In this document: in pieces, positions 38,340-47,244 of the stretch | Layout: each line of letters begins with the position of its first letter | Numbering within the stretch: the stretch's first letter is position 1 | DNA from: an uncultured Actinomycetota bacterium | Lineage (GTDB): Bacteria; Actinomycetota; Actinomycetes; Actinomycetales; Micrococcaceae | Direction of reading: 5' to 3' | Length of the DNA stretch: 64,000 nucleotides | Assembly (NCBI GenBank): GCA_963775715.1 | Contig: CAVZJX010000001.1 | Span: forward strand, 152,336-216,335 | Notes under the pieces: generated by a model | The model's database searches: none | What the model was told of the DNA's origin: nothing | The model's input: the letters and a program-made list of their open reading frames with translations, nothing else | Position numbers and translations under genes: made by a program

Positions 38340-39119
38340 CTAGTACCAGTTGTTGGCATAGTGGAAGTTCAGCGCGCCGCACGGCGAACCATAGCGGTCC
38401 TGGACGTACTGCAGCCCCCAGTTGATCTGGGTCCGGTAGTTGGTCCGGTAGTCGGCGCCGGCGCTGGCCATCTTCTCGGCCGGCAGGGACTGGACCACAC
38501 CGTAGGCTCCGCTGCTCGGGTTCGTGGCGGTGGTTTTCCAGTCGGATTCCCGGGTCCACAGCTTCATCAGGCACTGCATTTCGCTGGCGGCCCAGCCATG
38601 GGCAGGCAGTTGCGCCGCGGCATAGGCCTGCGCGCCGGCCGGGTCGTCCACGGCGACCGGCTTCGCCGGGGCCGGAGCCTTGACGGGCTTGGCCTTAACG
38701 GGCTTGGCCTTCGCCGCGGGGGCCTTGGCTGCAGGGGCTTTCGCCGCTGGCGCCTTCGCCTCCGGGGCCTTCGCCTTGACCGGCGTGACCTCGGAAGCCT
38801 GGGCCTCCACGCTGACGGGGCTAAGCGAAGCGGGAGTGTTGCTGCCGACGCGCTCGAATTCCAGCGGCTGCAGCGACACGGCCGTGTCCTTGGCCGCATC
38901 GGCGGTGTGGGCGGCGGTGCCGGACGCCTGCCCGGCCGCGCCCGCGCCCAGCAGGACAGCGAAAGCGGTCACGACGACGGCGGCCCGCTTGCCTTTCGTG
39001 CCGGTCCGGGTCCGGGGCGGGGTGCCACGCTTGGCAGGCTCGGCGCGGTGGCGCGCGCTCTCGGCGTCGGACGTGCGTTTAGCGCCCTTTGGGCGTGCGG
39101 ATACCTTGAGTTCAGTCAT
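38340..39119 (-). CDS. Secreted lytic transglycosylase (SLT-like) with Ala/Lys/Pro-rich linker
   Basis: CLMKLWTRESDW..NPSSGAYGVVQSLP..QINWGLQYVQDRYGSPC; N-terminal TM segment. Confidence 0.85.
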   Translation of the reverse strand: MTELKVSARPKGAKRTSDAESARHRAEPAKRGTPPRTRTGTKGKRAAVVVTAFAVLLGAGAAGQASGTAAHTADAAKDTAVSLQPLEFERVGSNTPASLSPVSVEAQASEVTPVKAKAPEAKAPAAKAPAAKAPAAKAKPVKAKPVKAPAPAKPVAVDDPAGAQAYAAAQLPAHGWAASEMQCLMKLWTRESDWKTTATNPSSGAYGVVQSLPAEKMASAGADYRTNYRTQINWGLQYVQDRYGSPCGALNFHYANNWY

Positions 39120-39127
39120 GTTCGCCT

Positions 39128-39300
39128 CTCAACGCCTACGGAGTTAGCTGTCGGGTTCGGATGCGAAATCCGGCCGCGCGGAATCTCGACGTGCGGCTTA
39201 ACCCCAAGGGTGCATGGATGCAGAATGCCCGGGAACACTGGGTTCCCCGCCTCTGCCTGGTCCATCGGAATCCGGAAGCGGCAGAGTGTGGCGCCAATCC
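39128..39300 (-). ncRNA. c-di-AMP (ydaO/yuaA) riboswitch
   Basis: Minus strand GGGGAACC...GGGGTTAAGCC...CCGAACCCGACAGCTAACTCCGTAGGC, upstream of a cell-wall hydrolase; 5' boundary approximate. Confidence 0.85.
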
Positions 39301-39569
39301 GGATATGCGGCCAGTTCGATGGCCGCACCCTAAAACGGTACCGGACTTTGACGGAGAAGTCACATTTCGGTAACGGTGCGACTGCGTGGCGGGGTGGCGA
39401 CTTGCTCTTCTCACCTGCGCCAGGTGCGCCGTTTCGACGGTTCCGTGCGCATTCGACGCGGGCACGCATCGAGTCGGCAGGGAACCGTCGAAACGGGCGC
39501 ACCGCCCGGCGGTGACATCGGCCTTGACCCGCTACTGGGTGAGCAGAACGTCCCAGCGCCAGGCCCCGG

Positions 39570-41150
39570 CTAGGTTGCCGGAAGCCGGACGGCGAACTGG
39601 GTCCGGCCGGGCCGGGACGTGACCTCAACCGTTCCGCCGTGGGCCTCTACGATGGACTGCACGATGGACAGTCCCAGCCCGCTGGTTCCTTCGGCAGTGG
39701 CTCCGGACGGGGCACCCGCCGTCGCGGCCGCCGTCGCCCCTTCCCGCGCTCCTGCCCCCGCCCGCGCGGGTGCGCGGCGCCCGGCGGGAAGAGTCGTCGG
39801 ATTGGCGCGCGCCGCATCGGCGCGTGCGAAGCGGGCAAAGATACGCCCGACAAATTCGGGGGCGATCCCGTTGCCGTTGTCCGTAACGGTGACCACCGCG
39901 CTGCCGTCAGCGGAACGCGCGACACCGGTGACCACCGTCGTCCCCGGCACGGTGTGCTTGCGGGCATTGGACAACAGGTTCGCGAGGACCTGATGCAGCT
40001 GGGTCGCGTCCCCGCGCACCACCACGGGTTCGTCCGGGAGCTCCAGCTGCCAGATCCGGTCAGGCGCCATGACTTTCTCGTCGCTGACCGTCTCGACGGC
40101 GAGCTGGGTGAGGTCGACGTCGGCCAGTTTGAGCGGCTGCCCTTCGTCCAGCCGCGCGAGCAGCAGCAGGTCCTCCACCAGGGTAGTCATTCGCTCCGAC
40201 TGGCTTTGCACCCGCGCCAGCGACTTCTCGCCGTCGGGCGTGAAATGCTCGGTCATCCGCATTAGCTCCGTGTAGCCGCGGATGGCCGTGAGGGGCGTCC
40301 TGAGCTCGTGCGAGGCGTCCGCAACGAACTGCCGCACCTTCATTTCACTTTCGTGCCGCGCCTCGAGGGCGTTGGAGACGTTGTTCAGCATCTGGTTCAG
40401 CGCGTAACCCACGCTGCCCACCTCGGTACCCGGATGGGCGGCCGACGCCGGGACGCGCACCCCCAGTGCCACCTCACCGGCGTCCAGCGGGAGGCGGCTG
40501 ACTTTGGTAGCCACCTCGGAGAGCTGTTCCAGCGGCTTCATGGTCCGCCGGATAACGGCGGTGCCGGCGAGGCCGATCAGGACCAGCCCGCCCGCGGACA
40601 CCACGCCCAGCGTTCCCACGAGCGAGGCCAATGTGCTCTGCTTTTCCGCCAGAGGGAGGCCGGTAATAATGATGTCGCCGTAGGGCGCCCGGACCGCCGT
40701 CAGCCGATAGGCGCCGGCCGAGAGGGTGCGGTCCACGGGGTCGCCGTTCGGGGTGAGTGCCAGGAGGACGGCGTTGTCCGCGGAGGAAAGGCTTTCGCGG
40801 GTAGTGTCCCCGGCCAGGAATCCGGCGCTCGCCACTGTCCCGTCCAGGATCCGCGCATTGAGCGTTCCGATGCCCTGCCCCCGGGCCTCCAGCGGGTCCG
40901 GGCGCCGGCCCGAATCATCGGACGAGGGCCGGCCGAACTCGCTGGAACGGTGTGCGGCGCCGGCGAGCTGCTCATCGAGCTGGCGAGTGAGGAAAACGTC
41001 CATCGAGATGTAACTGAACACGCCCACCGCGCCGCAAATGGCCACCAGCAACGCCATGGCGACGAGGACCAGCCGGGTGCGCAGATGCCAGGTCGACGGA
41101 TTGCGCCAGTCGCGTCCCGTCACGGGGGTTACACCGGAGAGGGTGGGCAC
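39570..41150 (-). CDS. Sensor histidine kinase (HAMP, HisKA, HATPase)
   Basis: ADASHELRTPL, NLLSNARKH, DNGNGI, GLGLSIV. Confidence 0.93.
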   Translation of the reverse strand: MPTLSGVTPVTGRDWRNPSTWHLRTRLVLVAMALLVAICGAVGVFSYISMDVFLTRQLDEQLAGAAHRSSEFGRPSSDDSGRRPDPLEARGQGIGTLNARILDGTVASAGFLAGDTTRESLSSADNAVLLALTPNGDPVDRTLSAGAYRLTAVRAPYGDIIITGLPLAEKQSTLASLVGTLGVVSAGGLVLIGLAGTAVIRRTMKPLEQLSEVATKVSRLPLDAGEVALGVRVPASAAHPGTEVGSVGYALNQMLNNVSNALEARHESEMKVRQFVADASHELRTPLTAIRGYTELMRMTEHFTPDGEKSLARVQSQSERMTTLVEDLLLLARLDEGQPLKLADVDLTQLAVETVSDEKVMAPDRIWQLELPDEPVVVRGDATQLHQVLANLLSNARKHTVPGTTVVTGVARSADGSAVVTVTDNGNGIAPEFVGRIFARFARADAARANPTTLPAGRRAPARAGAGAREGATAAATAGAPSGATAEGTSGLGLSIVQSIVEAHGGTVEVTSRPGRTQFAVRLPAT

Positions 41151-41153
41151 GGA

Positions 41154-41894
41154 TCAGTCCGCCGGCTTCAGCACATAACCGGCGCCGCGCACGGTGTGGA
41201 TCATGGGCGCGTGCTTGGCATCGACCTTCTTGCGGAGGTAGGAAATGTAGAGTTCCACGATGTTCGCCTGTCCGCCGAAGTCGTAGTCCCAGACCCGGTC
41301 CAGGATCTGGGCCTTGCTGATGACGCGCTTGGGGTTCTCCATGAGGTAGCGCAGCAGCTCGAACTGCGTGGCGGTCAGATGCAGCTCTTCGCCGGCCCGG
41401 GTCACGTCGCGGGTGTCGACGTTGAGCACCAGGTCACCGACCACGAGTTCGGCGGTGTCCATGGCCGCCACACCGGACCGCTGGACGAGCCGGTGCAGGC
41501 GCAGCAGGACCTCTTCCATGCTGAACGGCTTGGTGACGTAGTCGTCCCCGCCGGCGGCCAGCCCGGTGATGCGGTCCTGGACCGCGTCCTTGGCGGTCAG
41601 GAACAGGGCCGGAACTTCCGGCGCGAAGGCGCGGATGCGGCTGAGCAGCTCGACGCCGTCGAATCCGGGGAGCATGACATCCAGCACCAGCACGTCCGGA
41701 CGGAACTCCTTGGCGAGCTTGACCGCTGCGGGGCCGTCCGCGGCCACGGCCACCGACCAGCCGGCCATCCTCAGCCCCATGCTCATGAGCTCGGACAAGG
41801 AGGGCTCATCGTCCACCACCAGCGCGCGGATGGGGGACCCGTCCGGGTGGGTGAGCTGGGGCAGGTTGTTGGTCGTTGAGTGCGAAGTGGCCAT
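41154..41894 (-). CDS. OmpR-family response regulator
   Basis: LVVDDE, LDVMLP, FLTAKD, DDYVTKPFS, HTVRGAGY. Confidence 0.95.
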   Translation of the reverse strand: MATSHSTTNNLPQLTHPDGSPIRALVVDDEPSLSELMSMGLRMAGWSVAVAADGPAAVKLAKEFRPDVLVLDVMLPGFDGVELLSRIRAFAPEVPALFLTAKDAVQDRITGLAAGGDDYVTKPFSMEEVLLRLHRLVQRSGVAAMDTAELVVGDLVLNVDTRDVTRAGEELHLTATQFELLRYLMENPKRVISKAQILDRVWDYDFGGQANIVELYISYLRKKVDAKHAPMIHTVRGAGYVLKPAD

Positions 41895-42512
41895 GGGACG
41901 ACTCTCCGATCTGCCTTTGAGGCGCGGCTTTGGGGACCCTGTGCGGCACCTGTGAATCCCAGCCTACCGAGCTGGACGCCGCCAGCGGCAGCGTGCCGGC
42001 GGTGGCGCCGCGGCTCCGGCGGCCGTGACGACTTGGCAGCCGGCGGCCTGGGCGGCAGGGCGGGCGAACTGTCCTTCGCCGTGCACGCCGAATACGTCGT
42101 CTTGAACGGAAGCGACTACGCCACCATGGCCGAGCAACTGGGGACCGTCAGCGAGGTCAGTGCATCCTCCCTCGTTGCCGGCGGGAGCGTGTGGGTGGTC
42201 ACCGCCCGGCGGAGCCCGCCGTGGTCATGCTGCGGGCGGTGCAGCCTGCCGCATGACCACTCCGTGGACGCTAGGCGGCGCCGGAGGGCTCAGAGCGGGA
42301 TTCCGCCAACGGGCCCCGCAGTGAACAGATGTCAGCCACATGCAGGCAGACTCGAATAATATTCGATCAAGTGGCACTGGGGGCTTTGGCGTAAATGAAT
42401 TGACCGCCAATTATCCCTGCGGGCTGAATTGTGATTTGCGCGACAATCGGCTTTTTCGTCTCACGATGCGGACTTGGCGGTCCATTGTTACTTGCTAGTT
42501 CGCATTGTTACG

Positions 42513-42620
42513 ATGCACACTTCAATTGTGAACAAGAACTCAACAGCACCTGCAGCCGCAGCTTCCTGGATCAGCGCACCAGCTGGTACTGAGATGCCCT
42601 GTTGTCGAATGCACGCCTAA
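42513..42620 (+). CDS. Putative leader peptide (uORF) ending MPCCRMHA
   Basis: 35 codons, MHTSIVNKNSTAPAAAASWISAPAGTEMPCCRMHA; not in the ORF track; followed by a C-rich tract. Confidence 0.45.
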   Translation: MHTSIVNKNSTAPAAAASWISAPAGTEMPCCRMHA

Positions 42621-42749
42621 CTTCTACACCCCAGAACGTTTCTAGGCATTCGCCCCCAGCCCAGAGTCGGGCGCCCCTCCCCAGTTTCATTGCGGGGAAT
42701 CAGCATTCGAGCCGCGATGACGGCCATTCACATTGAGGTAAAGCATTCC

Positions 42750-43619
42750 ATGTCAGTTGCATCCGGATACGTCCATATCTCCGTCCGTAACGCCAACAAG
42801 GCCGGCCAGGCCGGGCTCCGCCAAGGCTTCGGCGCGCGCCCCACGTTCGGTCCCGCCGGATCCGGCACCAGCTTCCCCGCCCCCGGTTACTCGGCCCAGG
42901 GGTACAACCCGACCTCCTACGGCCAGCTTCGCGCCGTCCCCGCCGCTGAGCCGGCCCCGGCCACCGCGCCCACGCCGGTGATCGCCCCGGGCGCCGGCAG
43001 CCCGGTCCGCCCCGTCGCCGGCGACAACGTGGCCCGCGGCTTTGTGCTCTACATGGGCATCGACGAGGAGACCGCGGCCGCTGCCGGCACCTCGATCGCC
43101 AAGCTGGCCCAGGAGATCCGCGCCTACGCCCAGTCCCTGGTGGCCGGCGCCGAAAGCTACGCCGCCGTCGCCGTTGCCCCGGCCTCCGCGCCCGGTTCCG
43201 CGCTCGACGTCGTCCGGTCCACCTTCGGCGACCCGACCGCCGGCGCCCGCCAGCGTGCCGAGAGCGCGCGCCTGCAGCAGTCGCAGGACCCGCGCCCGTC
43301 CGGCGTGCTGATCGACCTGGCCCGCCGTGAAGTGGCGCTCGACGGCGAATCGCTGAACCTCACCTTCAAGGAGTTCGAACTCCTCAACTACCTCGTGGAG
43401 AACGGCACCCGCACCGTGGGCCGCGACGAACTCCTTGAGGGCCTGTGGCGCAATGCCGAAGAGGTTCCCAACGAGCGCACCATCGACGTGCACATCCGCC
43501 GGCTGCGCTCCAAGCTCGGCCGCCTGGCCAACACCGTGCGGACGGTGCGCGGCCAGGGCTACCGTTTCTACGAACACCCGGAAGTCGTTGTCTGGGCCGC
43601 CCCGGAATACTCCATCTAG
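42750..43619 (+). CDS. Orphan OmpR-type winged-helix regulator without a recognisable receiver domain
   Basis: C-terminal LTFKEFELL..LW..ERTIDVHIRRLRSKL..TVRGQGY; N-terminus low-complexity plus RGFVLYMG domain. Confidence 0.85.
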   Translation: MSVASGYVHISVRNANKAGQAGLRQGFGARPTFGPAGSGTSFPAPGYSAQGYNPTSYGQLRAVPAAEPAPATAPTPVIAPGAGSPVRPVAGDNVARGFVLYMGIDEETAAAAGTSIAKLAQEIRAYAQSLVAGAESYAAVAVAPASAPGSALDVVRSTFGDPTAGARQRAESARLQQSQDPRPSGVLIDLARREVALDGESLNLTFKEFELLNYLVENGTRTVGRDELLEGLWRNAEEVPNERTIDVHIRRLRSKLGRLANTVRTVRGQGYRFYEHPEVVVWAAPEYSI

Positions 43620-43634
43620 CTTCGAACCCCGCGC

Positions 43635-43668
43635 AAAGCGTCCGTCCCGTTTTCGGGGCGGGCGCTTT
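43635..43668 (+). terminator. Intrinsic terminator-like hairpin
   Basis: aaagcgtccgtcccg-tttt-cggggcgggcgcttt. Confidence 0.6.
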
Positions 43669-43776
43669 CGCCTTCGGGGCACCGGTCCCTCCGCAGCCGA
43701 CGGCGGCTTTGGGCCCTGTTGTGTTCCGTGGCGTCGGCGTAGTCTCGGTCCCGTCGATCCGACTACTGGAGGAATC

Positions 43777-43980
43777 ATGTCTGTTGCACGTATTACTACC
43801 CTGAGCTCGAACTCCACGACCTCGTTCGAAGACGCCATCAAAGAAGGCGTCGACCGGGCCAACAGGACGCTCCGGAATGTCACCGGCGCCTGGGTCAAGG
43901 AGCAGAAGGTCGAAATCAGCGACGGCGCGGTCGTGGCCTGGCACGTGGTGCTGGAAGTGACATTCGTCCTGGAGGACTGA
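43777..43980 (+). CDS. Dodecin family protein
   Basis: MSVARITTLSSNSTTSFEDAIKEGV..A..TLRNV..AWVKEQ; GGAGG RBS. Confidence 0.88.
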   Translation: MSVARITTLSSNSTTSFEDAIKEGVDRANRTLRNVTGAWVKEQKVEISDGAVVAWHVVLEVTFVLED

Positions 43981-44037
43981 CCGGGGCTCTGCTGCCCAGC
44001 GCGCCCGTGGCGAAGCGGCCCGCACTAGGATTGAGCC

Positions 44038-44565
44038 ATGAGCGCCCATCACATCAAACGTCTGGTGCTCATGCGGCACGCCAAGGCGGACTGGCCGGGC
44101 GGCGTCGCCGACCACGAGCGGCCGCTGGAAGAGCGCGGGCACCGGGAAGCGCCGCTGGCCGGCAAATGGCTCCTCAAGCATGGGGTGATTCCCGACTTCA
44201 TCCTCTGTTCCAGTGCCCTTCGGACGCGGCAGACCTGTACGTGGGTGTGCAGCGAGCTGGGGGACAAGGCGCCGACGCCCAAACTCGAGGACGGCCTCTA
44301 CGGCGCTTCGGCCCTGCGCATGCTGGCGGTGATTAACCATGTTCCGGACTCCGTGACCACGCTGATGGTGATCTCGCACATGCCCGGCGTGCAGGACCTG
44401 GCCATGCACCTGGCGTCGCGGGATTCCAGCCACGACGCCTACATGGACGCGGCCACCCGGTACCCCACCAGCGGCCTGACCGTTTTCGAAACGGAGAAGT
44501 CCTGGGCGGAGCTCGACGGGCAGGACGCGCGACTGACCCACTTCAAGGTGCCCCGGGCGAAGTAG
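44038..44565 (+). CDS. SixA-like histidine phosphatase
   Basis: LMRHAKA, RPLEERG, SSALRTRQT, SHMPG. Confidence 0.88.
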   Translation: MSAHHIKRLVLMRHAKADWPGGVADHERPLEERGHREAPLAGKWLLKHGVIPDFILCSSALRTRQTCTWVCSELGDKAPTPKLEDGLYGASALRMLAVINHVPDSVTTLMVISHMPGVQDLAMHLASRDSSHDAYMDAATRYPTSGLTVFETEKSWAELDGQDARLTHFKVPRAK

Positions 44566-44675
44566 CCGCACCCCGACGGATCGATGGTCAGCACGCTGAT
44601 TGTGATGTTTACTGATGCTGTCAATGCTTTTACTGCCGGTGTTTTCTTAGCGACTAAGGGAAAAGGTGGATCAAC

Positions 44676-45218
44676 GTGGATTCAGGACAGCTCGTAGGGA
44701 TCATCGTCGGCATCGTGGTGGTGCTCGCGATCATCGCAGCGGCAATCTACTTCAGCCGCAGGCGCAAAACTGACGCGGACCGCAGCCGCGCCGCCGAGAT
44801 GCGTGAGAAGGCAGAGGCCGACCAGCTGGCCGCCCGGGAGCACGAGGCCAAGGCAGCAAGGGCTGAAGCCGACGCGAAGGCGGCCGAAATCGAAGCCGAA
44901 CGGCTCCGCCGGCAGGCGAGGGGCACCCAGCAGGAGGCGGAGAGCGTCCGTTCCGGCGCGGAGGAACAGCTGCGCCGCGCCGACGACGTCGATCCGGACG
45001 TCGTAACGTCCGAACGCGGCGATGCCCAGGCCCGGGAGATCCACACACACGATGCCCAGCCGCCCGAGGAACTCCGCCGGGACGAGGAACTTCGCCGGGA
45101 CCGGGGTGACCGCGAGAGTGCCGCCGGTTCGGGCGGGACCGAAGGGCTGCACGAGGACGCAGCGGCGGAGCGCCGCGACACCGGGGATCCGCATGGCGAA
45201 CGGCCGCGCAATCTCTGA
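44676..45218 (+). CDS. Membrane-anchored coiled-coil hypothetical protein
   Basis: N-terminal TM segment followed by a charged helical tail. Confidence 0.7.
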   Translation: MDSGQLVGIIVGIVVVLAIIAAAIYFSRRRKTDADRSRAAEMREKAEADQLAAREHEAKAARAEADAKAAEIEAERLRRQARGTQQEAESVRSGAEEQLRRADDVDPDVVTSERGDAQAREIHTHDAQPPEELRRDEELRRDRGDRESAAGSGGTEGLHEDAAAERRDTGDPHGERPRNL

Positions 45219-45288
45219 GGAGTCGGCCTAGGCCTGTCCCCGGCCGGCCGGAGGCTCTGGCGCCGAGCGGAGTCAGAGCCCGCCGGGG

Positions 45289-45753
45289 TTACGGTGACGA
45301 GGACGCGCCCGGCAGGTAGGGCCGGTAGGGCTCCAGGGTACCGTCCAGGACCGGGACCTGAAGCGTGGTGCTATCGGCGCCGGACCTGACCGTAACCGGG
45401 ACCCGCGACCCGGGTATGTCGCTGATGGCGTGGAAAAGCGCGGGATTCTCGTCGAAGCGGTGCTCCGCGCCCTTGGGGACTGTGACCTTGACGCGATCGT
45501 CGCCGTTCGAGAGGGTGATCTCCACCGGGGCCTGGGTTTGGTTGAAAAGGGTGCCCAGCAGGCGTCCGGGCTTGCCCTTCGCCTCCGAAACGATCAGGAG
45601 GCTTCGTACCTCGACCCCGCCGACGGTGGCGTTGACCCCGTTCGCGACGGCGAACGTGGTTGCGTTTGGTGAACTGTTGTAGCACCCGCCCAGCGTGGCG
45701 ACCAGTGCCGCCATTAGAATCACGCGAAGGGTGCCCAGCGGAAAGTGCCTCAT
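45289..45753 (-). CDS. Putative lipoprotein
   Basis: Signal-like segment ending LGGC; DGTLEPY C-terminus; start uncertain. Confidence 0.65.
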   Translation of the reverse strand: MRHFPLGTLRVILMAALVATLGGCYNSSPNATTFAVANGVNATVGGVEVRSLLIVSEAKGKPGRLLGTLFNQTQAPVEITLSNGDDRVKVTVPKGAEHRFDENPALFHAISDIPGSRVPVTVRSGADSTTLQVPVLDGTLEPYRPYLPGASSSP

Positions 45754-45920
45754 CTTGTGTCCCACGTCTGCTCCCAACTTATGGATGATGGTGGAAGGCA
45801 TTTGCCTGTGGCGGTGGCGTACCCTTCAACACTCGCAGCCGATGGCCGGTACTTCAAGGGCCTATCCCGAATCACCGTACGGCGCTCCCGCTCCCGCTCC
45901 CGCGCCCGCTCCCGAAGCGG

Positions 45921-46568
45921 TCAGCGGCGGGCCCGGGGCTTGGCAGCCGGGCGGCCCGGGGCCTTGCCGGCCGGTTTGGCCGATGCCTTGGCGGCGGGCT
46001 TGGCCGAGGACGGACGCTTGGCCGGCGTTGCCGTGCGGGGAACTGCGGCGCGTGGCGATGCCGGACGCGGAGCCGCGGCGCGGGGAGCCGCGGGACGGGG
46101 AGGGGAAGCGGGCCGCGGCGATGCTGGCCGGGACACGGGGACCCTGACCGCGGAGCCGGGACGCCTGGAGGGATACCCCGGCGCCGCACGGCGGCCGGGT
46201 AGCACCGTACCCGCGATCAGCAGCAGCAGGGTAGCCGCGCCGGCTGCGGCCGCAAGGTAGAAGTAGAGGTCCGGGTGTTCGGTATCGACGTTGGTGGACA
46301 GGGCGTCGGGATCCGGGTTGAAGGCCAGCCCCCACTGGCGCAGGAACGCGATGCCGAAGGCGATGAAGAGAATGCTGCCGATCCCGCTGGCCAGCAGCGT
46401 TCTGTACCGCCGCCGGACCAACACCTCCGCCACGCAGGCGACATACGCGACGGCGGCGGCGGCGAGGAACCAGAGCCCCACTGTTTCGTGCAGCGTCGCG
46501 CCGGTGAGCGCCAGCAAGGCCAGGGCGGCCAGGGAGGCCCAGATGGCGGTCTTGCCGCTTTTACCCAT
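45921..46568 (-). CDS. Membrane protein with Pro/Ala/Arg-rich tail
   Basis: Four hydrophobic segments then a low-complexity tail. Confidence 0.7.
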   Translation of the reverse strand: MGKSGKTAIWASLAALALLALTGATLHETVGLWFLAAAAVAYVACVAEVLVRRRYRTLLASGIGSILFIAFGIAFLRQWGLAFNPDPDALSTNVDTEHPDLYFYLAAAAGAATLLLLIAGTVLPGRRAAPGYPSRRPGSAVRVPVSRPASPRPASPPRPAAPRAAAPRPASPRAAVPRTATPAKRPSSAKPAAKASAKPAGKAPGRPAAKPRARR

Positions 46569-46602
46569 GTGGCGCATGTGACTAATCATCCCCGAAAGGA
46601 GG

Positions 46603-47244
46603 CTACTTCACGACGTAGCCACGCATGATCGCCATGATTGCGGCGACGCTCTGGGCCCTGCTCCGTTCGGGGTTGTAGGTCTGCCGGTCCAGTCCCACCA
46701 CAAAGCACGCCCCGAAGATTGCGGTCTCGAGGCTGCCGCGGGACACTGCGGGATCCACCGGGTACCTGGCGGCCACGGCCGCGATCGCTGCGCCGATGAC
46801 CCCGAGCAGGCGGCCGCGGAGTTCGGCGAACGTGTCCTGCCACTCGCTGGGGGTGCGCCAGTTTTCGCTGACCCAGAGGCGGGCGAAGGAGGGATATTCG
46901 GCCATAAAGTCCATGGCCTGGCCGATCATTTCGTCCATCGCCTCCAGTGGATCCGCCGATGCGTCCTTGGCACTCAGCAGCCGGCCCATCAGGATGTCCA
47001 CGCCGTGCCGCAGCAGCTGCGCGATCAGATCCGACTTGCTGCCGAAGTTGTAATACACCGTGCCCTTGGACACGCCCGCGGCGGCCGCGATCTCATCGAC
47101 CGTAACGCCGGCGGCACCGCGTTCGCCGATCAGCTCCATCGAGGCTTCGAACAACTTCTGCCTGGTCGCATTGGTGCGCCCGGGCCGCAGCTTCTTCCCG
47201 GCCCCGGTTTCGGGCGCCGCGGCCGTTCCGGGCGTGGTGCTCAT
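46603..47244 (-). CDS. TetR/AcrR family regulator
   Basis: VTVDEIAAAAGVSKGTVYYNFGSK; start MSTTPG overlapping the yhgE stop. Confidence 0.92.
   Translation of the reverse strand: MSTTPGTAAAPETGAGKKLRPGRTNATRQKLFEASMELIGERGAAGVTVDEIAAAAGVSKGTVYYNFGSKSDLIAQLLRHGVDILMGRLLSAKDASADPLEAMDEMIGQAMDFMAEYPSFARLWVSENWRTPSEWQDTFAELRGRLLGVIGAAIAAVAARYPVDPAVSRGSLETAIFGACFVVGLDRQTYNPERSRAQSVAAIMAIMRGYVVK

Noticed and set aside
38660-38800. Short tandem repeats in the transglycosylase gene
   Set aside because: They encode an ordinary AKAPAA/VKAKP low-complexity linker.
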